From NCBI GenBank assembly GCA_965202585.1, contig OZ241833.1, positions 52,886,001 to 52,950,000 on the forward strand: a DNA stretch of 64,000 nucleotides, given 5' to 3'. The DNA is from Thalia democratica. Its lineage: Eukaryota. Shown piece after piece: positions 11,300 through 23,440 of this stretch. Within the stretch, counting starts at the first letter, position 1; every line of letters begins with the position of its first letter. The position numbers were made by a program, and so were the translations under genes. The notes beneath the pieces were generated by a model. The model had not been told where the DNA came from. It made no database searches and was given only the letters and a program-made list of their open reading frames with translations.

Positions 11300-14200
11300 T
11301 TTTTTCTTAAATATCTGCTTATTATTATAAAAATCATCAATATTTTATATAGAAATAAGCTCACAATTTTTTTACTGTTTTTAAAGTACAAAATATATTA
11401 ATCCAGCAATTAATATGTGTATTTGTCGTTGTTTATTTCTAAACTTTTGACAGAATCAATTTTTCTAAGTAAACATCGGCGAAAGTCAATATAGCCAAAG
11501 CCTGGACTTCCGTATGCCGTGAGACAAGCTCAATTATAGCATAAACTTTTGACCGATTATATGATCAGACCATAATCCTTCGGTAAACTGAAACTCGAGT
11601 TTCGTTCTTATTGAAACTCTTCAGTCAGCCGCAACCAAACAACTTGCAGTTTAAAATCTACAAACGGTTTATAATGTTTTACTAACAAATCAATCGAAAT
11701 AACAATCAGTTGTAACGTAATAATTTAAAGTTGTTACGTAATAATGTGATGTTGATTAAAGATTTGAGATCATCACATGGACTGTTGCAGTCTAATGATT
11801 TTTGAATGAAAGCGTAAAAACATATCAGCTTTGCTGGTTATGGCATAATAATTACTAGAAAAATATAAAAAATATTTATAAAAACTTTATCAAAGTTTTT
11901 TTCATACGTTTGATTAAGTAAACGTAGAAAAAAGAATATTATTTAACCAATTATTTTTTTCTGTTTTGTTTTGTTTTAAATGACTGTAAATAAATTATGC
12001 ACTAATATTTGTTAGTTTAGTTTATTTCTAAAGTTTATTAGATTTTTGTATGTATGTAACTTTTTTGTAGTTACAGAATTAGCAGTATTCATTTATTAAA
12101 GAGTTTTTTTTTAAATCTATCTTATAGAGTTTTCACAAAAAGTTATTTTAAATGTTGATATGTAATAAAAAAGTATAAATTCGAGAAAGCTCGTGCGCTG
12201 ATGGTTTTAATGTTTTTATATAACTTATAATTTTTAAAATTATACTTTTTAAGTAGTAGTTATAATTTTAAATAATCTGAAAATAATGTCTGGTTTAATT
12301 TAGAATAACAAAAATCTAAACTTATGACAAGAGCTCGATTTTTTACCTTCAAAATAAATATACAAATAAGTTTTAGCTATTTTACAATAATTCAATACCA
12401 TAATTTTTTTTTTAAACATATTAAACTTACTTATTAAAAGACTGTTTAAAGGTAGGTATGCTTTTTAAAAGCCTTATATGCTTATGGTACCTGTATATAT
12501 ATAATGCTTATAAAATTCACAAAGATATTATTCTATCAAAACGTAATAATGTAACATTTATAAGTTATGATTAGCGTTAAAACTATTTGTTAAGTTGTTT
12601 TTGAACAAAAGCTTCGTGTTTTTCATAGAAAAACTTATATAACTTTATAATAATTTTAAAGTTTCCTTAGATTTTGACTTAAAATTTTTTTTACATATCA
12701 AAAAATGCAGCAACGTTTTAATGACATTTAAAACTTTAATATAGTTTTTAAACATGGTTAACTCATAGTGTTTAGAAACTTAGTAACTTTATTTTAAATT
12801 CACAACAATAAACAGTAAACAATTTTATCGTTTTTGTGGTAATTTTTATGTTTGAAAAAATACCTTCTAATTCTTAAAGTCGTCAATATTAAAAAATAGA
12901 AATTTTATCACAACTATTTTTTGTTTTTACAGTACAAAATACTTAAATTCGGAAATTCATATATCCATTTTTCGTTGTTTATTTTCTAAAGTTTTAAAAA
13001 AATCAATTTAAAATAGAAACCATCGGCGAAAGTCAACAGAGCCAAAGCCTGGACTTCCGTATGCCGTGAGACAAGCTCAAGTTTAACATAAAGGTTTGAT
13101 TATACCGATTATATGATCAGATCATAATCCTTCGGTAAACTGAAACTTGAGTTTCGTTCTTATTGAAACTCATCAGTCAGCCGCAACCAAAAACTTGCAA
13201 TTATCAACCTTCAAACGGTTTATCATGTTTTTACTAATATATTATGTAAAACAGTATTCAGTTGTAACGTAACAATTCAAAGTTGTTACGTAACAATGTG
13301 ATGTTGATTAAATATGTGAGATTGTCACATGGACTGTTGTAATCTAATGATTATTGAATGAAAACGTAAAAACATATCAGCTTTGCTGGTTATGGCATAA
13401 TAATTACTAGTTAAATATAACAAACCTTTATTTAAAATAAATACTATATCAACAATTTATTTGTCTATAAAATTAATAAACGGATACTGTAATTAAGAAT
13501 TTTGTGTTTGAGTTTCTAAAAAATAATTTCAAGGGCGTTATCAAACACTTTCTATACGCTTAGAAAAAAGAAGATAATTTAACCAATTATTTTTTACTGT
13601 GTTGTTTTCTTTAAATGACTGTAAATAAATTATGCGCTAATGTTTCTTAGTTAAGTTAACTTTTAAGTTTATTAGACTACCGTTTGTATGTTATACTTTT
13701 ATAGTCACAAATTTAGCAGCAATCCTTAGTAAAAAAAAATTAAGTTTATCTGTATAAAGTTTTTACAAAAAGTAATTTTTAATCTTTATATTTAATAAAA
13801 GTTTTTAAATTCGAGAAAGTTTGTGCGCTGATGGTTAATTATTTTTTTTTGTTACTTCTAATTTTTTTGTTTAATTTTTTAACTTCTACTTATAATTTTA
13901 AAAATTCCGAAACTATTGTCTGCTAAGTTATAGTATAAAATCAAAGTTTTTGACCAGCGCTCGACATATTACTTTAAAATAAATCAACATAAAAGTTTTA
14001 GCTATTTTAAAACAATTAAATACCATTTTTTATTTATTAGACTTATTGAACTTACTTAAAAAAGATTATTTAAAGGTATGTATGCTTTTTAAAATCCCTT
14101 TAACTTTGTGGTTAATATATATTATTTATGAAATTCACAAAGATACTTTTCTAAGAATAAGTAATAGTGAAGTATTCATAAGTTATGATTGGCATCAATA

Positions 14201-17200
14201 CTATTTGTTAAGTTTTTTTAACAAAAGTTTCTGGTCCTTCATATTAAGATTGATATAACTTAATAATAATTTTAAAATCTACTTGGTTAAAAACTAACTT
14301 TTTACACATTAAAAAATGACATTTAATACCTTTTAAAAAGTTTATATAATTTTTAAACATGGTTAACTCATAGTGTTTAGACATTTAGTAACTTTATTTT
14401 AAATTCACAACATTAAACATTAACAAATTTTATTGTTTAATACAATGATACTATTCTTGTAGTATTTTTAAATTTGAAAAATATCTGCTAATTATTAAAG
14501 TCGTCAATATTTAAAAATAGAAGTTTTATCACAATTATTTTTTTGTTTTTACAGTACAAAATCCTCAAATTCGGAAATTCATATATCCATTTTTCGTTGT
14601 TTATCTTTAAAGTTTTACAACGTCAATTAAAAATAAAAAGCATCGGTGAAATTCTGTAGAGCCAAAGCCTGGACTTCCGTATGCCGTGAGACAAGCTCAA
14701 GTTTAACATAAAGGTTTGATCATACCAATTATATGATCAGACTAAAATCCTTCGGTAAACTGAAGCTCGAGTTTCGTTCTTATTGAAACTCGTCAGTCAA
14801 CCGCAACCGAAAAACTTGCAGTTTTCAACCTACAAACGGTTTATCATGTTTTACCGTTATGTTATGTAAACGTTTATTCAGTTATTACGTAATAATGTGA
14901 TGTTAATTAAAGATGTGAAGTTGTAACAAGGACTGTTGTAGTCTAACGGTTGTTAAATGAAAAATATCATCTTTTCTTGAAATGGCCAAAATAACTACTT
15001 GAAAAACATAAACAAACTTTTATTTAAAATTAATACTGTATCTATAATTTAGTTGTTAAAAAAATTAAAAAAACGAATACTGGAATTTAGATTTTTGTGT
15101 TTGAGTTTCAAATAAATAATTTTAAGGGCGTTATCAAAGTTTTTTATATGATTGATTAAGTTCACGTACAAAAAAAAGAAAATCATTCAACCAATCATTT
15201 TCTATTGTGTTGTTTCATTAAAAATGCCCAGACTAAAGTTATTTGTTAGCTTACTTAATTTGTAAAGTTTATGAAGTTTTTGTTTGTATGTGACAGTTTT
15301 GTAGTTACAAAATCAGCAGTATTTGTTAGTAAAATTATATTAAACGCTTTTCTTCATAAAGTTTCACAAAAATTTATTTTAAATGTTAATATGTAATAAA
15401 AATGTTTAAACATAAACAAATTTGTACGTTGTTGGTTGTTTTCCAATTGTATATCTGTTTTAACACTTCTAATAGGTAAACTTGAAGTTCTAGTTATAAC
15501 TTCTAGTTATAATTTTAAAAGTTGTCAAGCCTATATTCGTTTTAGTTTTATAATAACTAAAAATCTAAATTTTTGACAAACGATCAACTACTTATTTTCA
15601 AAACAAGTTATGCAAAACAAATGAACTTGAGCTACTTTATAACAACTAGTTCTATTTATTTATACTGTTATACGAAGGTTTTTCAACGTATTTATATACC
15701 ATCACAACTAAGAATTCATAAATTTAGGTTACTTATTTTATTTCATATTTTATTTTACAAACGTGTTCAAAACTGGTTTTGTTCTCAAGTGGTAAGTGTT
15801 AATAAAACTTGTCGTTTTAGTTGCATACGCTGTCAAAACTCTGACATATTTAAAATTTTTTAAGTTTTGAAACGATGTAAACAAAGGGAACTCTACAGCC
15901 TGGAATCAATATTGATTGAAGAAGAACGATTTGAGTAAAATACGCAAATAGTATTATATAAAAAGCAAAACTTTTAACAAACTATTAATTAATATATAAT
16001 TAATTGTGCTTTACTTTTTTATTTAAAAAAAATTGCATACATTTGAATATACCTCATACTATAAACTTATCTTTTAAACACTTTAACCAATTTGTTTTTC
16101 AAGTTTATTTAACATTAACCACTTTAGAATGAAACTAATATAGTTTTGAAAACGTTTGTGAAATGAAATACAGTAACTTCTCGCATCTTTACGCATTCGT
16201 GACATTACGCACTCTCGTTTAGTTACGTATTTTAGAATTCTAAAAATTAAAAATTAATTTATTTTAAATATTGCACAAATTAGGTTATTGTATATTTTTA
16301 ATTTATAATTTGTTTTTAAATGCTAACTCACCTCTCTATCTTCAGACTTTGCAAACTTTGTAAAAAAGTTGTAGTAACATAAACAATTTTTATTAAACAT
16401 TTTTCTTATATTTTATATATTTCTGTTCAAAAGAAGAAATCCATTACAGCACCATATGCATATTTTTGTAAAAGGCTATAGAAACAAATTTTTATCTAGA
16501 CACCACACCATTTTTAACTGTAAACAAATACTTAATTGTAAATTGAATTTGCTAAGTAGAATAGAACATAAATGTTAAGTATCAAATAAGTCACATATAA
16601 ATAAAGATTAAAAAAAAATCTACTTATTATTAAAATTAGTAAAATTTTTCTACAAGTATTATTATTTTATTTAAATTTATATCCTTTTATTTTAATATAT
16701 GTATAGTTTTATCTTTTGTCTTCATATTTATAACTAAAGTAAACAAATTGTTAAAAGTGGAAAAAATCCTCAGTCTGCTTGTAACTAGAAGCAATATAAA
16801 AAAACAGCAATTTGTATATTATATCTGCAATTTGCAATTTGTATATATATAAAGTATATTTGGTATCTCCCGTATCTTTACGATCTCTCATATCTTTACG
16901 CACTTTATCTGTGGGCAAAATGTGCATAAATAAGCGAGAGGTTACTGTATATTAAATTGTGTAACATCTACATATTTAATTGCAAATGGTATATAAATAT
17001 ACTTGTGTAAACATTAAACTTATTATTTAGAGACTATTTAAGAGTAGGTATGTTAAATACCCTGTAACTTTATGGTATTAGTATATATATACATATATTA
17101 ACTACAAATTCGCAAAGACGTATTTCTAAAAAGTCTGTCCTGCATAAAAATTTTTCTGGTAAATCTAGATCAAAAAAACGCAGATAAAAAACGTGCCAAA

Positions 17201-19400
17201 CCCCTTTTTGAAGCTATTTGTCTCAGATGTTTTAGAAATATAAATAAATTTGTTGTGTTTTCTGCAGAAACTTAATATCTTATACTTTAAGCTGTAACAT
17301 TAAACAAGAGACATTTTTTAAAGTTTGATACACGTTAAGATAAAGTTTAATTATTAGTTTCGATTTGAGATACAAAAAATATTATAAAATATACCACAAT
17401 TGATAGACTTACAGTTACTCTAGGTGTGATAAATAAAGTACCAAAACTTGGATCTTTAAACATCACTAACAGTTTATTTGATTTACATATGTTTAGGCTA
17501 GGTTTGTAATTAAAAATATTCTTCTGAATCTTAACTTAGTTATATAGAATTTGTTTAGCATAGCTAAAAACAAAAATAAATTATTTTTGTTTTTGTTACA
17601 GTTTAGATAGTTTAAATAAATTTACGTAGTTTTGTGGTTTTTACTTAAAAGTTTGAACATTTTTAAAGAATCAAAAGTAGTTTACATTTTTTTGTACCTT
17701 TGCTTTTGATTGTTTGATCCAGCAATTTTAATTACTATAGTTTATAGAACGACAAATAAACACGCTTGGAATATTTGGTCCTATAGTTTTCAAATATGGT
17801 TAGTTTATAATGTTTACAGGTTTAGTAGTTCTAATTTATAGATACAACACTAAATATTTAAAGAATATTATTGTGTTATACAAAAATATAACTTTTGTGG
17901 TGTATTTTTAATTGGAAAATATCTGCTAATTTTAAAAGTCATCAATATTTTATTATACAAATCTACTCACAAATTGATTTTTTCAAATTACGAAATACAA
18001 TAATCCGGCAATTCATATATCCATTTTTCGTTGTTTATTTTCTAATGTTTTAAAAAAAATATTTTTTTTTAAAGAAAACATCAGCTAAAGTCAATATAGC
18101 CAAAGCCTGGACTTTCGTATGCCGTGAGACAAGTTCAAGTTTAACATAAAGGTTTGATCAATTCGATCATCAGAGCCTTCGGTAAACTGAAACTCGAGTT
18201 CCGTTTTTATTGAAACTCTTCAGTCAGCCGCAACCGATAAACTTGCAATGTTCAACCTACAAACGGTTTATCTCGTTTTACTAATATACTATGTAAATGT
18301 TTTTTTTCAGTTTTAAGTTAATAATTTAAAGTTGTTACGTAATAATAAGATGTTGATTAAAGATTTGAGATTGTCACATGGACTGTTGTAGTCTAATGAT
18401 TATTGAATGCAAACGTAATAAATATATCAGCTTTTCTAAACATAGCCAAAAAACTACTATAAAAATTTGAAAAAAAATTATTTAAAACCAATCCTTAGTT
18501 GTTAAACAAATTAAAAAACGGAAGCTGTAAATTAAGTTTTGTACTTTTGTTCCCAATTAATAATTATAAGGGCGTAAAAGAACTTCATACGCTTGATTAA
18601 GTAAACGAAGAAGAAAGCAGATCATTCAACCAAATATTTTCTTTTGTGTTTTTTCATTTTAATTATACGCAATGAATTAATGGGCTAATATTTTTTAGTC
18701 TAGTATTAGTTGAATTGTATAGTTTATGAGATTTCGTTTATATGTAAAATTTTTGTAGTTACATAATTAGCAGTATTTGTTAGTAAACAAATTGTTTATA
18801 GTTTATCCTTATAAAGCTTTTACAAAAGTAATTTTAAATGTTAATATGTAGCAAAAAAGTTTAAACTTGAAACAATTTGTACATTGTTCGTTATTTTCCA
18901 ATTGATTACCTGTCTAAACACTTGAAACATGTAAACTTTTGTAGTTATAATTTTTTAATTTCTGTAATCTAAATTTGTAATAGTTTTATTAAAACAAATA
19001 TCTAAGTTTTTAACAAACAATCTGCTTATTATTTTTAAAACAAGTTATACCAAACAAAAATACTTAAGCTGTTTTATAATATATAATTAATTTACTTATA
19101 CTATTATAGTAAGGTTTTTAAACGTGTTTATATACTATTTGCAACTAAGTATGTAGAAGTTACATATTTTATTTTATATTTTATATCACAAACATTTCAA
19201 AACTAGTTTTATTCTCAAGTGGTAAACTTTAAATGAACTTAAAATAATTTGTTGTTTTAATTGCACACGCTGTCAAAACTCCGACATAGTTTAAAACTTT
19301 ACAGCCTAGAATAAATATTGATTCACAAAGAAAGATCTTAGTTAAATACGCAAATAGCATCAAATGGAAAAGCAAAACTGTTAGCAGATTTAATATTTAA
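11300..19400 (+). repeat. Array of ~1.55 kb AT-rich units upstream of gene 1, each with a conserved ~200 bp core (cores at ~11474, 13021, 14641, 18079)
   Basis: Core GCCAAAGCCTGGACTTCCGTATGCCGTGAGACAAG..CCTTCGGTAAACTGAAACTCGAGTTTCGTTCTTATTGAAACTC.TCAGTCAGCCGCAACC recurs with spacings of 1547, 1620 and 3438 bp. The flanks are also homologous but more diverged. Confidence 0.9.
16171..16947. mobile_element. Tc1/mariner-pogo-like MITE, 777 bp
   Basis: TA|CAGTAACTTCTCGC ... GCGAGAGGTTACTG|TA. The empty site GAAATGAAA-TA-TATTAAAATGTG is present in the inverted arm at ~50500-50525. Confidence 0.85.
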
Positions 19401-19656
19401 AATATCTTTGTTTAAGTTAAACTATTTTACTCAAGTCAAAAAAAACAGAAATAAAATTTAAATAGCTAGATAATATAAATTCTTTTACCTTAAAACTTAG
19501 AACACTGAAACGGGTTTACTTTTTTTAAATTATAGTAAAATGGAAGACTAAACTTTCAATATTATAATAAATTTAAGTATTAATAAAATATTTATTTCAG
19601 AAAATAAAAGTTTCAATACTTAATTTACCTTATAATAGTATAAATAAAATAAAAAA

Positions 19657-20049
19657 ATGGAAAACCAAATGACAATTTCAACAACTTCTAATGAGTTATA
19701 TGATGACGTAATAATTTACAAACTATTCAGCAATCCCACTTTGTTGAAAACTCTGAAACGAATTGAAAATATTGAAGTTTTCACAACTCTTGAACCTTTT
19801 TGCGTTGATGAAATTAAGGTTTGTAATTTTCATATTAGTCACAATTAAATGTGTAATTTGACAATTTGAAAACTATTTAACCACAGGTTGAGGTAGAAAG
19901 ACTTGAAAATGAAGGAAGAAGTTACGAGATCGCAGAACTGATTCTATACAAAGGAGCTTGTCGTAAACTAGTTCCTGGATGGAGCAAAAGACTTGTGACT
20001 TTATTAGGAGAAAACAATTTCAAGGAAATTTGTGATGCTATTAAACCTA
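19657..20049 (+). CDS. Exons 1-2 of gene 1: N-terminal death-fold (CARD-like) domain
   Basis: ~108 aa helical segment ending ..ELILYKGACRKLVPGWSKRLVTLLGENNFKEICDAIKP, resembling the GW..L..L......I.P end of CARDs. Family assignment is by pattern only. Confidence 0.55.
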
Positions 20050-21324
20050 GTTAGTTAATACTGTGTTGCTTCTTAAACTTAAAAAATTTAAACTTTTAAG
20101 TTAATAATACATATAGTACTACATAAAAACTAAACACTTAGAAAAATTATTAATAAATACTAAGTTACGTCTGAACAAGCATTAGATTATAGTTTCTAAA
20201 TGGTCAGTTATACTCCAATATAATTTTTATAAACATTTTTTTTTCTTTTATATTATACAAATAATTACATATAAGTTCAAAAGTTTAAAACAATTAGGTT
20301 AATCATTTAAATAAAACTAAATACGAAACATTTTTTATACAATTAATAATAACTTAGATAATTATGTAAATCATTCCTGAATAAATAAATAAATCAACAG
20401 CTGATGATGATCTTTCAGACTACATTGAAAATGATGGACTATACGGTTAGAAATTTGTTTTTCTTTTAAAATATAATTAAATTACATTGTGATTTTAGAT
20501 GCATTCAAAGTTTACATAACTAAATTAAGTTATTATACCTAAAATCTTTGTATTCATCATACATAATAAAAACTTAAAGCTCACTTAGGGTTTGTAAACT
20601 TTTTATTCTGTATAAACTACCTTTATAAGATCTATATTGCTTTATTTTGTTTAAAATCTCTAGTCATTTAATTGCACTGTTGTAACATATTTCGTAAAAA
20701 AATTTATTGTTTGTGTTGTGTTGCATAATAATTATAAAAAAATATAACTAAACTATTTTTGTAAGAAAAAAATTTGTTCTTTTTATTTTTAAGAAAAGCT
20801 TCACCAATAGCTTTTTATTTAACTATCAAGTGTTAACAAAAGTTAAAAATTAATAAATAACTTTTAACTTTTAAAATTCTACTTCATTTTTAAAACATTA
20901 TTTAACTTAATCTTTTATATAGACAAAACACAAGAAAAACGTTTTTTTTTTGATAAAAAACTCTTTAAAAATGTTTTGATTCAGTAATAAACACAAAGTA
21001 AGTGACAAAATATTTATAAGTTTTTGTATAAATTAAAATAGAGTTAACTTTATCACGGAGCTAAGTCAATGACTTTTAGACATTTTATCACAACAAAAAA
21101 GATTCAAAAAGAAATACAGTACAACTGTTTCAAATATGGCTTTGCATATAATCTTCAACTGTTTAAATTAAAAAATGATCTAATGCACATAACATTAATT
21201 CACAAACTACAAAAAAAAGAATTCATTAATAATAAAGACGTAAATATGAAATTTTATACAGCATATTTGTGTAAAAATCCGAGTTTGTTCGAAACAATTG
21301 AAAATACAACAAATAAGTGACTAT

Positions 21325-21490
21325 AATTTTTCGGTTTATTGCATATTAAGAGATTATTTTTCATGTGTCGGCGAGACGATATAAATTCGTTTATGTTGTT
21401 TAAGCAAGCCTCTTTTTTTAACACAACAACAATTGATTCTTTAAAACAAAGCCTACACACAGGTTTATTACCATCGGTTATATAAATTAC
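21325..21490 (-). mobile_element. Short Penelope-like endonuclease C-terminal remnant in intron 3 of gene 1
   Basis: Minus strand reads DGNKPVCRLCFKESIVVVLKKEACLNNINEFISSRRHMKNNLLICN, aligning to CRLCLKEALSIL..NKRTELMKSCRHRNKILL at 4260-4400. Confidence 0.65.
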
Positions 21491-22440
21491 TATACTAAAT
21501 GTATTTAAAAGAAAACAACACCATCACATATTCAATTTAAAATTGCTTTAAAATTTCAAAAAGTTATAAAATAACATAATAAATAAGGACAATTACTTTA
21601 AATTTATATTTCTCATAAAAAGTCTTTTCGTTTTATTTTTTGTTTATTTCTTTGATATAATGGACATTTAAGTATGGAAATGCATATTTTTATTTAAAAT
21701 TTGTGCATTTTATTAGATTTTAAGTTAAGCTATATTTTAATAAATTTTAAATACCAACTATTTTAAAGATGGATGTTTGATACTACAAATGAAAGAGGTT
21801 ATACAGAAGAATTGTCGTATTCTTTCTGATCCGATGGGAAAACCTGACACTGTTCAGATGAGTCAAGATGTGCCGATTGTTCATCCGACCATTAAAATAT
21901 CTAAATATCACTTTATTAGGAATACAGCTTTCACAGATGGAACGTATCGAGTTCTTGAAAAACAAAGATGTGCTTACAGAAGTGCTGAAAAAGTTCAATT
22001 TGATGATGTTGTAGGGTTAGTAAAACTGAAACTACGTATTCATATGACAACGTATTATTTATTTTCACAACTGCATTAAAGGTTTCAAAAATTGAAAACT
22101 TAATTTAAACCAATTAAAAGTCAGCTAAGCTTATTCTATGCACTACCTTTTTTATTGACTTGTGTTTATGTTTGCTAAATTTTTAAGGCTCTTTGAATTA
22201 TAGTATCAAATAAAAGATACATTTAATTAATACTAAATAAGCAATTTATGAGCTAACGTGTAAAATAAAATTAAAGAATAGTTCAATAAGTTTATTTTTA
22301 GTTGATTTTTTCTGTTTAGTTCTAATAAAAGTAACTGGTTTTACTTAATTAGAAAATAAACTAACAGTTAACTAAATTATATATACTAATCAAAACACAT
22401 AATTAAGCTTGTATTGTAAACAAATGTAATAAATTTACAG

Positions 22441-23440
22441 ATTCAAGGGAATCAAAAACCAACCATCAAACGAAGCTAGTTTGCAAATAAGAAACAGTCC
22501 AAACCCTTATTTCTTGATAATAGGCCCAGCTGGTGCAGGAAAAACTACTCTGAGTAAAAGAGTAGTTCTGTCAACATTTAATAGCAATAATTATGCGTTT
22601 TTTATTCCCCTTGCTTTCATTGACCCTAAAAAACCGATTGATTTGAAATATCTTATTTTTACTTTGGGGTTATTGTATTTTTCAAGTGATATTAAGTTTA
22701 CTGAAAACCAACTGAATGTAGCTTTTGCCTGGTTATTAGCCAACCAACATAAAATAACCATAGTTCTTGATGGTTTGGATCAGGCTTGATTTTCTTTACA
22801 GAACTGTAAAGCTCCTGCAGAAATAGATGTTCACAAGAAATACTTAGCTTCTGATTTATTGAATTTGATATTAGCACGAAAAGTTTTGACTAAAGTACGT
22901 CTTATTCTAACTTCAAGACCTCATTCAATACTAAACTTTGAGGAAGGCATTCAACCAAATTATGTTTTGTATCTTGATGATCTATTTGAAGGCGATATGA
23001 AAAAGTTATTTCGTTTTTATATTAAAACCAAATATGTTGACGAAAATTTAAATAAACTTTTAGAAAAGTCTCCAAAAATCCAGCAGTTAACTTTTTGTCC
23101 TTTGTTTTTAAGATTGTTTTGTCATTTATACGAAATAGTTGGTGATGAAATTTGGAAAGTAGTTAGTTCAACAGCCAGTCTGTTTAATGAGCTTCTTAAT
23201 CGTCTACAATGTTGCGCTCATAAGGGCAGCCAAATAGACGGAGATGTAGTTATGACAAAACTCTCAAAACTTGCTTGCAATAAGACTATGGAACGTTCGG
23301 TTGTAATCACGCAGAAAGATCTTTTGGAATGCCAAATCACACCAAATGAGGTCCAAGATCTCATGATAGGTGTGCATGGCAATTCAAACTCTGCATTAGT
23401 TGGACCAAGCCTTTTTTACTTTGCTCACCAAAGTATACAA
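22441..23440 (+). CDS. NACHT-domain exon of gene 1 (1000 nt, internal stop)
   Basis: P-loop GPAGAGKTT, DGLDQ, LILTSRPHS, FCPLFLRL, YFAHQSIQ (winged-helix F.H.S.QE motif completed by the next exon, EYL). Confidence 0.92.
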
